From contig JAUNFK010000005.1 of NCBI GenBank assembly GCA_030525085.1, positions 1-48,676 of the forward strand: a stretch of DNA of 48,676 nucleotides. Reading direction: 5' to 3'. This DNA is from a bacterium (GTDB lineage Bacteria; Bacillota_I; Bacilli_A; RF39; UBA660). Both the position numbers and the translations under genes were made by a program. A model generated the notes under the pieces. That model was given only the letters and a program-made list of their open reading frames with translations. It was not told where the DNA came from and did no database searches. Positions 1 through 8,316 of the stretch are shown here, piece by piece. The first letter of the stretch is position 1; every line of letters starts with the position of its first letter.

Positions 1-8
1 AAAGATAC

Positions 9-584
9 TTATTCAAGTACCTTATCTAAATATTTATCTATTATATTTCTAACATATTCAAAATCGTTATCATTTTGTATTTTTATACATTTTTCTAATA
101 ATTGACGATTTTTCTTTGAAATACTTTTAAATTTATTTTCTGCATCAATTTCTTCAATAATATTAAATGTAAACATTTTAACACCATTAAACTTAGTAAT
201 AACAAATGCTAATATGCTTTTAGTTTTATTTTTTTTATAAATTATTCTTTTTTTTATAACTCTTCTATTGATTTTTTTGCTTTTTAATAAAATAATCCTA
301 TCCAATTCTTTAAAATAATTAATATCTTTTTCTTGTTTATTTTCAAAATGCATTTCAATTGGATATAAATCTCTAATATTTGCATCTAGATCATACATTT
401 TATTTTTTTCTTTATTTAATTCTATTTCAACAAATTTTTTAAATTTTTCAGTGTGTATTATAGAATTTTTTCCAGTCAAATCATTTAATGCAATAAGCTC
501 TACTTCATATTTATAAATTGTTTTGTTAAGTTTACTTACATAGGCATCTTCAAATTCAAAAGTATCTCTTGCTAAAACACAAGG
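9..584 (-). CDS. Hypothetical Lys/Ile-rich protein in very AT-rich DNA, probably 5'-truncated at the spoVD junction
   Basis: ORF track gives 9..479 (TTG). The frame stays open upstream to 584 (PCVLARDTFEFEDAY...) with no ATG or RBS. Sampled GC is about 15-18%. Confidence 0.5.
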   Translation of the reverse strand, partial: PCVLARDTFEFEDAYVSKLNKTIYKYEVELIALNDLTGKNSIIHTEKFKKFVEIELNKEKNKMYDLDANIRDLYPIEMHFENKQEKDINYFKELDRIILLKSKKINRRVIKKRIIYKKNKTKSILAFVITKFNGVKMFTFNIIEEIDAENKFKSISKKNRQLLEKCIKIQNDNDFEYVRNIIDKYLDKVLE

Positions 585-1630
585 TTACAAGAGTTTTCAA
601 CAACGTTCAAAAAAGTTTCAGCACCATGACCACCAGCTTTCCAACATTTAATCCTTGCATTTTCAACAGAAATACTTCCGCCATCATAATAAGTATCTGT
701 AAATAAATTAACCTTTTCTTCATTAATCGCACTTGCAAGAGTAATAATTTTAAAAGTACTACCTGGCTCATAACTCATCCATATTGGTAAATTTCTATTT
801 ATTGTTTCAATATCATAATTCTGATAATTATTTGGATCAAAAGTAGGCCTACTACTCATCCCAATAATCTCCCCAGTATTAGGATTCATTACCATAATAA
901 GTGCATTTTCCGGGTTATACTTAGTCACAACATTATCAAGTTCTCTTTCGATTGCTTCTTGAACTCTAACATCTATTGTAAGAGCAATATTATTACCACT
1001 TACTGGTTTATCATAAACTTCACTCATTTTAAGTCTTAAACCTTTACCATCAGAATAATACTTTATTCCTCCATCAGTTCCTTTTAAATATTTATCATAT
1101 AAAAGCTCTATACCACTTAATCCCTGATTATCTATACCAACATAACCAATAACATGAGAAAGCATTTCCTTATAAGGATAATACCTTTTAGATTCTTTAA
1201 GTAAATATACGCCGTCATAATTAAGCGCACTTATTTCCTCTGCAATATCATATGATAATCTTCTACCTTCCGGATGAATTCTTTCAATAGAAGTATGCTT
1301 CGTTAAATGCGAATAAATATTTAAATAATCCGTATTTAAAATTCTTGCTAAATTCTCTGCAACTTCTTCTTTATTCTTAATTTGAACTGGTACAACCACT
1401 AAACTTGTCGTAGTAATATTATCTGCAAGTACTACACCATTACGATCAGTTATTTTACCTCTATCAGCTAGTATAGGTAAATTTCTACTCCATAAACTAT
1501 TCGCTAAATTATCGAGTTTATTTTTACTGAAAACCTGAATATAAAATATTCTTATAACAATTACTAAAAAAACTAAAAAAATTAATATACCAACTATCTT
1601 AATTCTCTTTTGCACAACATAATGAAACAT
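572..1630 (-). CDS. spoVD: Stage V sporulation protein D (class B PBP), N-terminal 352 aa only; interrupted or truncated
   Basis: N-terminal TM, RGKITDRNG, RYYP, GLSGIE, EPGSTFK (SxxK), CWKAGGHG and NSCN (SxN), then an immediate stop. The KTG motif and PASTA domain are missing. Lies downstream of the spoVA genes. Confidence 0.85.
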   Translation of the reverse strand: MFHYVVQKRIKIVGILIFLVFLVIVIRIFYIQVFSKNKLDNLANSLWSRNLPILADRGKITDRNGVVLADNITTTSLVVVPVQIKNKEEVAENLARILNTDYLNIYSHLTKHTSIERIHPEGRRLSYDIAEEISALNYDGVYLLKESKRYYPYKEMLSHVIGYVGIDNQGLSGIELLYDKYLKGTDGGIKYYSDGKGLRLKMSEVYDKPVSGNNIALTIDVRVQEAIERELDNVVTKYNPENALIMVMNPNTGEIIGMSSRPTFDPNNYQNYDIETINRNLPIWMSYEPGSTFKIITLASAINEEKVNLFTDTYYDGGSISVENARIKCWKAGGHGAETFLNVVENSCNLVF

Positions 1631-1644
1631 ATAATCACCTATTA

Positions 1645-1671
1645 ATTTTATGCAAACAAAAACCTAAGTAT
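1645..1671 (-). promoter_or_regulatory. Putative sigma-E promoter of spoVD
   Basis: Minus strand ATA-N16-CATAAAAT just upstream of the RBS AGGTGA. spoVD is sigma-E dependent in Bacillus. Confidence 0.5.
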
Positions 1672-2021
1672 CAATCCTTAGGTTTTAAAAATAACATTAA
1701 TATAAAGGAAAATACGACAGCAGCTACTACTCCAGTACTAACCTCACCAAGCATCCCACTAAACAAACCTATAAATCCATCTTGAACAAATCCTTTATAA
1801 GCCCCATTAGTAAGAGTGTTACCAAAAGACACAATTGGTAAGTTAGCTCCAGCGCCAACATAATCTGCAATCTTATCATAAACTCCAATTAAACTCAAGA
1901 TAGAACCAATTACAACAAATAAACTGGTAACATGTCCAAAAGTAAGCTTTGTATTTTCAAATATTATCTCACCTATCAAACATATAAGACCACAAAATAG
2001 AAATGAATAAACGAGTGTCAT
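1671..2021 (-). CDS. spoVAE: SpoVAE(b) / SpoVAC-family membrane protein
   Basis: 116-aa hydrophobic protein with FLFCGLICLIGE, GAGANLPIVSFG and C-terminal KPKD; follows spoVAD. Confidence 0.88.
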   Translation of the reverse strand: MTLVYSFLFCGLICLIGEIIFENTKLTFGHVTSLFVVIGSILSLIGVYDKIADYVGAGANLPIVSFGNTLTNGAYKGFVQDGFIGLFSGMLGEVSTGVVAAVVFSFILMLFLKPKD

Positions 2022-2965
2022 CTTTCCACCTCAATTTCTACAGCATGGGTAACCGAAGGAATACTCATCTTCTGATTCACCAATAATGGACTATGTAATG
2101 AACCAGTAGCAAGTAATAATATCTTTTTATACTTTTTATTATAGATAACATTATCAAACAAAAATAGTGGTAATGCTGCTGGCCCACTTGCTCCAGAGCA
2201 ATCAATCGTCTTATAAAAATTTTCTCCTGCATCCATATAATTTTTTAAATTATATCCTTCTTTTTCTAAAACTTTCTTAAAAATTTTACTTCCGCAAGCT
2301 CCCAAATCTCCAGTTAATATCAAATCATAATCAGTTTCACTTTTATGGCTCCTTTTTAAATGCTCTTTAAAAGTATCTACTGCACTAATTGCCATAACCC
2401 CACCCATATTAAATGCATCTTTAACAAAAGAATCTTTGACTTTGCCTAGCGTTGCACTTATAACTTTTATCTTACCTTCTTTATTTGTTACTTTTACTCC
2501 AATAGCTCCAGTAGCTGTGAATGTGCTTCTCACGGGTTTAACAGCTCCATATTCAACTGGAAATCTAAACTGTTTTTCAGCGGCTAAATTATGACTGCTA
2601 GTAATATATATTCCATTTTTAATTTCTTTAGCTTGTATCATATTAGCTATGCTTATTAATCCTGCAGCAAAACTTGCACACGCATTATAAACTCCTAAAA
2701 AAGGAATGTTCTCTTCTTCAGCCATCAAATTAGAAACTATCATTTGGTCCATCAAATCACTAGCACATATTACATCTATATCACTACTTTTTAAATGATT
2801 TAAGACAAACTTTTGCATCTTAACTTCAGCTTTCTCAAAAGTTTTCTCATTAAAATAGTAATCATTTAATCCTAAATTATATTTCTTTAAATTACCATCA
2901 CTTTTTTCTTTTGGTCCAATAATACTATACCAATCATCTATATAAACATTTTTATAATTAAACAT
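2018..2965 (-). CDS. spoVAD: Stage V sporulation protein AD (DPA binding)
   Basis: TFEKAE, PFLGVYNACAS, SSHNLAAEKQFRFPVEYG, DLILTGDLG, ATGSLHSP. Confidence 0.93.
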   Translation of the reverse strand: MFNYKNVYIDDWYSIIGPKEKSDGNLKKYNLGLNDYYFNEKTFEKAEVKMQKFVLNHLKSSDIDVICASDLMDQMIVSNLMAEEENIPFLGVYNACASFAAGLISIANMIQAKEIKNGIYITSSHNLAAEKQFRFPVEYGAVKPVRSTFTATGAIGVKVTNKEGKIKVISATLGKVKDSFVKDAFNMGGVMAISAVDTFKEHLKRSHKSETDYDLILTGDLGACGSKIFKKVLEKEGYNLKNYMDAGENFYKTIDCSGASGPAALPLFLFDNVIYNKKYKKILLLATGSLHSPLLVNQKMSIPSVTHAVEIEVER

Positions 2966-3398
2966 TAATAATCACCTTTATAACTGCACATATAAAACCA
3001 CTAACAATACCATAAAGTAAAACACTACCGGCAAGTCTAAAAAAATTAGCTCCTACACCAGTAATTAATCCATCATTTTTATAATCTAAAGCACTACTCA
3101 TTATGGAGTGAGCAAAACCTGTTATAGGTATCACAATACCACATCTAAATTTTGAAACAATATCATCAAAAAATCCAAGTCCTGTACACAAACACGAAAT
3201 AAATATTAAGATCACAAGCACATAACTTATAGCTTCACTAACTGGTAAATGATAATAATTTGTACATATCATTTTAATGCCCTCACCAAGAAAACCAATT
3301 AATCCACCAACAGTAAAGGAATTGACATAATTAATAAGTTTCTTATCTTTGGCCGTACACTCTTCTACCACTTTTAAATATTCTTGCTTTTTCATCAT
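2958..3398 (-). CDS. spoVAC: Stage V sporulation protein AC
   Basis: SFTVGGLIG, IPITGFAHS, GVGANFFRLAGSVLLYG. Start is more likely ATG 3398 than GTG 3404. Confidence 0.9.
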   Translation of the reverse strand: MMKKQEYLKVVEECTAKDKKLINYVNSFTVGGLIGFLGEGIKMICTNYYHLPVSEAISYVLVILIFISCLCTGLGFFDDIVSKFRCGIVIPITGFAHSIMSSALDYKNDGLITGVGANFFRLAGSVLLYGIVSGFICAVIKVIINV

Positions 3399-3409
3399 AA
3401 TCACATTTC

Positions 3410-3439
3410 TATTATGAGAAAGAAATTTAAAAATTATGC
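3410..3439 (-). promoter_or_regulatory. Sigma-G type promoter of the spoVA operon
   Basis: GCATA-N18-CATAATA on the minus strand matches the sigma-G consensus. The -35 overlaps the sigma-factor stop codon. Confidence 0.7.
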
Positions 3440-4087
3440 AGCTATAAATTCTTTTATCTTCTGTTTTCCCTTATTTTCTATTCTTGAAACCTTAACCTGA
3501 CTGATTCCAAGAGCTTTTGCTGTTTCCATCTGTGTTAAATCCTCAAAATATCTTATTTTGATAACTTTCTGTTCCATATCATCTAGACTATCTATACCAT
3601 CTTCTATCATCATATTAGTAATGTAATCAGTACTTTCACCAATACACTCTTTTATAGGTAAATAATCACCATTTAAAGTCTGATATTCATCATCTAAACT
3701 CATCATTTTACTTGTTAAAGTGACAACCTCTAAGTAAAGACTAGAATCTATTTCAAGGTATGAACATATTTCATCACTGCTTGGCATCCTTCCAATACGA
3801 TGTGCAAGAGCCATCCTAGCTTCTTCTATCTTTTTATAAAGTTTTAAATAAGCCTTATTAAGCTTAATATCTCTACTTTTATTAGCTAAATCATACATCT
3901 CCCCAAATATATACTTATAAGCATAATTTATAAAGGAAGCTGAAGATGCCTCATCATAATTTCGGTAAGCCTTTATTAAACCAATACACCCAGCCTGATA
4001 TAAATCATCAAGTTCTACATTATAGAACTTTTTAGCTATCTTATATATTAGCTTCTCATACTTTAATGTGAGGCTATATTCATCCAT
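3434..4087 (-). CDS. sigF: Sporulation sigma factor of the SigF/SigG family (SigF by synteny), short N-terminus
   Basis: DDLYQAGCIGLIKA (region 2) and RYFEDLTQMETAKALGISQVKVSRIE (region 4); lies between spoIIAA and spoVAC. Confidence 0.8.
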   Translation of the reverse strand: MDEYSLTLKYEKLIYKIAKKFYNVELDDLYQAGCIGLIKAYRNYDEASSASFINYAYKYIFGEMYDLANKSRDIKLNKAYLKLYKKIEEARMALAHRIGRMPSSDEICSYLEIDSSLYLEVVTLTSKMMSLDDEYQTLNGDYLPIKECIGESTDYITNMMIEDGIDSLDDMEQKVIKIRYFEDLTQMETAKALGISQVKVSRIENKGKQKIKEFIAA

Positions 4088-4095
4088 TTAATCAC

Positions 4096-4416
4096 CTATA
4101 TTTTTATTAATTTTATTGCACTAAGTTCATCTTCAGTTACATGAACATTCTCAAATCTAATACAAGTATTACAAATTATACCTTCTCCTAGATTCTTTCT
4201 AACAGCGCAAATTCCCTCTAAAAGTGATTCTTTACCTTTATCATCTATAACGTTAACGTTCTCTAGATTATAGACAATATACTTAATGCCTTGGTTTCCT
4301 ATAACAGGTATCAAATAATCATTCAAACACTTGTAAGTAACTTTAGTTAAATTACCACAAGGCCTAACAAATAGTATACCTTTTCGGTATTCCATATTTA
4401 TCTTTAACATACTCAT
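4096..4416 (-). CDS. spoIIAA: STAS anti-anti-sigma factor SpoIIAA-like, with degenerate phospho-site
   Basis: KGILFVRPCGNL and IVYNLENVNVIDDKG align to the SpoIIAA STAS core; directly upstream of sigF. Start may be ATG 4410. Confidence 0.7.
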   Translation of the reverse strand: MSMLKINMEYRKGILFVRPCGNLTKVTYKCLNDYLIPVIGNQGIKYIVYNLENVNVIDDKGKESLLEGICAVRKNLGEGIICNTCIRFENVHVTEDELSAIKLIKI

Positions 4417-4443
4417 CTCCTATTCTAATATAAATATTATTTA

Positions 4444-5670
4444 TTATAATTTATACCCTTTCGTCAAAATATACCTATTTTTCCCTATTAAATAAATAAC
4501 TAAAATGCATAATATAATTATTACTCGTTTACACTTTTTATGTTCACAGAAAGTTGTACATTTCTTCTCCTCTAAGATAGTGCAGTTATCTAAATACTTA
4601 TAAACTACCTTTTCTTTAAAACTAGGCATCCTATTTATTTTAATTTCTTTATTATTATCTGGAATATCAACAGTAACATTAAATAAATGATTATTAACCC
4701 ATAAATCATAATCGCCATTTTTATTTAAATCAATATTGCTTTTAATACTACTAACATTACCCTTAACTAATGTAAAAACATCATCCACACTATTAATTAC
4801 ATCTGATACTTCTATCCTATTTCTTTCATAATAATCATAAACTATAATATAATCACTATAATCAAGTTCATAATCGTCATAACTTTCTTCTTTATAATCT
4901 CCTTTTATTACATTTTCTTTAAAACATCCATAATACTTCTCTTCTTTATAAAAATAATTAATCACGTCACTGTAAGGTGTTTTAAATCCTAAAGAATTAA
5001 ATATCTCATCATACTCTTTATCATCAATAACATTCACATATTGCTCACTTACCCAGCGATTAACATAAATATTTGCAATGTATTTATTTAAAAGCGGTGG
5101 AACATAACTGTCATAACTAAAAAATAAAGTATAATTTGCTGAATCAACCTCAAACTCTCCATCATAATAAATAATAAAAGATAAATCTTTAAAATCATAC
5201 GCTTTATTTAAATCTATAATTAAATAAGGATTACTATCAAGATACGGACTTTCCACGTCAAATAATTCATCATATGAAAGAAGTTCATTTTTATAAAAAA
5301 CATCTATATGCTTTATTGGTGGAACAATATCATAATCAAATATCATCAGGTATCGCACTTTTTCAATATAACTACTTCTTAAATTTATCACTGCATTATA
5401 ACCGGCCAAATAATCTTTTTTATAATCCTTTACCGCCTTATAATCATCTAATACAGCTTTTCCATCGCACTCATCAATAAGAGTATACTTATAATCCTTA
5501 TTAACTTTTATATTTCTATAAAGCTTTACTTCCTCTCTTTTAAGTAACTCATTTTCCTCATAAAACTTATCAGTTCTTTCCTTAAACGAATAATCTGTAT
5601 AATATACACTTCCCATAACATTTACGGGAATAAAAACAAATAATAGTAATAAAATCTTAACCATATTCAC
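4444..5670 (-). CDS. Hypothetical exported protein with signal peptide and C-terminal TM anchor
   Basis: 408-aa Tyr/Asp-rich ORF with RBS AGGAGG and hydrophobic N- and C-termini. Confidence 0.7.
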   Translation of the reverse strand: MNMVKILLLLFVFIPVNVMGSVYYTDYSFKERTDKFYEENELLKREEVKLYRNIKVNKDYKYTLIDECDGKAVLDDYKAVKDYKKDYLAGYNAVINLRSSYIEKVRYLMIFDYDIVPPIKHIDVFYKNELLSYDELFDVESPYLDSNPYLIIDLNKAYDFKDLSFIIYYDGEFEVDSANYTLFFSYDSYVPPLLNKYIANIYVNRWVSEQYVNVIDDKEYDEIFNSLGFKTPYSDVINYFYKEEKYYGCFKENVIKGDYKEESYDDYELDYSDYIIVYDYYERNRIEVSDVINSVDDVFTLVKGNVSSIKSNIDLNKNGDYDLWVNNHLFNVTVDIPDNNKEIKINRMPSFKEKVVYKYLDNCTILEEKKCTTFCEHKKCKRVIIILCILVIYLIGKNRYILTKGYKL

Positions 5671-5738
5671 CCTCCTATTACTTATTGTTGTAAACAGTTC
5701 ACTAATTTCCTTTAATTTTTTTAAAAATTTTAGAGTAC

Positions 5739-5767
5739 TAGACTTTTTATCATATTTGTTATATAAT
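5739..5767 (+). promoter_or_regulatory. Sigma-A promoter of rnj
   Basis: TAGACT-N17-TATAAT, with RBS AAGGAGG before ATG 5819. Confidence 0.6.
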
Positions 5768-5818
5768 TATTGACAGGAAAAAAGCTTTTCTTTTTATTTT
5801 TTTACAAGGAGGAATTAT

Positions 5819-7489
5819 ATGAATAATAACGAGAAAGTTACGACTATTTTTGCCTTGGGTGGCCTTGGCGAAGTCGGAAAAAATATGTATGTCGTACAAC
5901 ACGACGATGAAATAATAATAATTGATGCTGGAGTTATGTTTCCAGAAAGTGAATTACTTGGAATAGACTATGTAATCCAAGATGTTACTTACTTAAAACA
6001 AAATGAAGACAAAATTAAAGCCTTATTTATTACTCACGGACATGAAGATCATATAGGTGGTATTACATTCTTACTTCAAAATATTAATATACCAGTTATA
6101 TATGCTCCAAGAATTGCTTGTGATCTTATTAAAAACAAATTCTATGATCGAAACATTGGTTACCAAAATCTTGAAGTTTATGATAAAGACAGTGTATTTA
6201 AATATAAATATTTTGAAATATCTTTCGTAACAACAACTCACTCTATCCCAGACAGCTTTGCAATAGTAATTAGAACACCCAACGGAATAATTTTTGAAAC
6301 CGGTGACTTTAAATTTGATTTAACACCAATTGGCCCTATGGCTGATATTCATAAAATGGCTGCCCTAGGTAGTGAAGGAGTTAAACTTCTATTAAGTGAT
6401 AGTACAAACGCATTAAGTCCAGGATTTTCAGCAAGTGAATCTTGTGTAGATGAAGCTTTAAGTGATGTGTTTGCTCGTCATAACTCAAGAATTATCCTAG
6501 CAACATTTGCATCTAACATCTACCGTATTAAACATATTGTTGAAACATGTCGTAAAAATAACCGTAAAATTGTTACATTCGGTCGTTCTATGGAAACTGC
6601 AAAAGAAATTGCTCTAAAAAATAATCTTATAACTGATAAAACAATTTTCATTGAAGCAAATGAAGCTAAAAATTTAAAAAAACATGAAATATGCATTTTA
6701 TGTACTGGTTCTCAAGGTGAACCTCTAGCTGCTCTATCAAGAATAGCTAATGGAACTCATAAACAAATCGAACTTATGCCAGATGACATTGTTGTCTTCT
6801 CATCATCACCTATTCCAGGAAATCGTGCATCTATTAACCGCATAATTAACAAACTATATCTAAAAGGTGTAAAAGTATATACAAACACTGAATTATCCGA
6901 CATCCATACATCCGGTCACGCAAAACAAGAAGAGCAAAAATGGATGCTTAGAATTATCAAACCAGAATACTTTATGCCAATGCATGGTGAATACCGTATG
7001 CTTAAAACTCATGGAGACTTAGCTATCGACTGTGGCATTCCCAAAGAAAATATCTTTATCTGTAAAAATGGTGATTCTGTCGAACTTACAAAAGATGGCG
7101 CTAGACTCGGAAAGAAATACCAAGCTGGCGACGTATACGTAGATGGTTCTCGTATCGGTGACATTGGTTCAGTCGTAATTAAAGACCGTAAACTCATGAG
7201 TCAAGACGGCATCTTAGTAACAATTTTAAATATTAACCCTACAACTAGAGAACTACTAATTAAACCAAACATTACAACAAGAGGTTTCGTATTAGTAAAC
7301 GAAAATGCTGGATTAATAAATAAAATCGAAAACAAAGTTACTGAAATTGTAACCCGTACAATAAAAAATTCATACAACTATGTTGATCTTAAAAATCAAA
7401 TCATCTTAGAATTAAACCCATTTATAAATGAACTAACTGGACGTAGACCAATCATCTTACCAGTAATTATGGAAGTAAAAGACAATTAA
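5819..7489 (+). CDS. rnj: Ribonuclease J
   Basis: ALGGLGEVGKN, THGHEDHIGG, HSIPD, TGSQGEP, HTSGH, PMHGE. Confidence 0.97.
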   Translation: MNNNEKVTTIFALGGLGEVGKNMYVVQHDDEIIIIDAGVMFPESELLGIDYVIQDVTYLKQNEDKIKALFITHGHEDHIGGITFLLQNINIPVIYAPRIACDLIKNKFYDRNIGYQNLEVYDKDSVFKYKYFEISFVTTTHSIPDSFAIVIRTPNGIIFETGDFKFDLTPIGPMADIHKMAALGSEGVKLLLSDSTNALSPGFSASESCVDEALSDVFARHNSRIILATFASNIYRIKHIVETCRKNNRKIVTFGRSMETAKEIALKNNLITDKTIFIEANEAKNLKKHEICILCTGSQGEPLAALSRIANGTHKQIELMPDDIVVFSSSPIPGNRASINRIINKLYLKGVKVYTNTELSDIHTSGHAKQEEQKWMLRIIKPEYFMPMHGEYRMLKTHGDLAIDCGIPKENIFICKNGDSVELTKDGARLGKKYQAGDVYVDGSRIGDIGSVVIKDRKLMSQDGILVTILNINPTTRELLIKPNITTRGFVLVNENAGLINKIENKVTEIVTRTIKNSYNYVDLKNQIILELNPFINELTGRRPIILPVIMEVKDN

Positions 7490-7500
7490 GTCTTTTTTTC
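7477..7500 (+). terminator. Intrinsic terminator overlapping the rnj stop
   Basis: AAAAGAC-aattaa-GTCTTTT followed by a T run. Confidence 0.55.
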
Positions 7501-7536
7501 TTTAACCAAAAAGGCATGCTTAGAATACAATAAAGT

Positions 7537-8307
7537 ATGATAAAGTTTTTTAGTGAAATAAATCCAATTATTGCTGCCTTTATCATGGGGCTAGTAACAT
7601 TTGCTATTACATCACTTGGTGCTGCAACAATTTTTCTATTTAAAAAAATAAACCAAAATATAATGGATAAACTCCTAAGCTTATCAGCTGGTATCATGTT
7701 ATCTTCATCAGTATTTTCCTTAATAGTTCCAGCAATCGACCACTCAAAATTGCTTAATTTAACACCATGGATAGTCTGCTCTATTGGTATCCTGTTAGGT
7801 GCTCTCCTTTTATATGGAACAGATAAAATAGAAGAAAAACAAAAAAGTAAAAAAATAGATAAACTATTACTATCCATTACAATACATAACATACCAGAAG
7901 GAGCTGCTATAGGAGTTGCTTTTGGAGCTCTAGCATTAAACAACAGTCCAGAATCCGTAATGAAAGCTCTAACTCTAGCAATCGGGATTGGTATTCAAAA
8001 CTTTCCAGAAGGTCTTGCCATATCATTTCCAATGCTAAAAAAAGGTAACACTAAATTTAAGTCATTTTTAATTGGTAGTTTAAGTGCAATTGTTGAGCCA
8101 ATATCTGCCATGCTAGGTGCCCTTCTCGTAATTAAGATGCAGTTTATCTTACCATTACTTTTATCAGTAGCAGGTGGAGCAATGCTATATGTAATAATTG
8201 TTGAGCTTATCCCTGAAAGCATGGCAAACAAGAAAAAAGAGCTCATGGCTCTTTACACAATAGTTGGTTTTATAATAATGATGATATTAGATATTTCCCT
8301 AGGGTAA
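7537..8307 (+). CDS. ZIP family (ZupT/GufA) metal transporter
   Basis: ITIHNIPEG, GIGIQNFPEG, AGGAMLYV..ELIPE; multiple TM segments. Confidence 0.92.
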   Translation: MIKFFSEINPIIAAFIMGLVTFAITSLGAATIFLFKKINQNIMDKLLSLSAGIMLSSSVFSLIVPAIDHSKLLNLTPWIVCSIGILLGALLLYGTDKIEEKQKSKKIDKLLLSITIHNIPEGAAIGVAFGALALNNSPESVMKALTLAIGIGIQNFPEGLAISFPMLKKGNTKFKSFLIGSLSAIVEPISAMLGALLVIKMQFILPLLLSVAGGAMLYVIIVELIPESMANKKKELMALYTIVGFIIMMILDISLG

Positions 8308-8316
8308 TATCTTTTT
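8290..8316. terminator. Probable terminator between the convergent ZIP and XRE genes
   Basis: GATATT-tccctagggt-AATATC hairpin followed by a T run. Confidence 0.45.

Noticed and set aside
480-590. Intein or -1 frameshift continuation of spoVD (NP-CVLARDT...)
   Set aside because: The downstream frame ends KVLE-stop with no His-Asn terminus and no return to PBP sequence.
5675-5720. Sigma-H promoter or Spo0A box for the spoIIA region
   Set aside because: AGGAAAT is present, but there is no GAAT at the right spacing and I saw no TGNCGAA.
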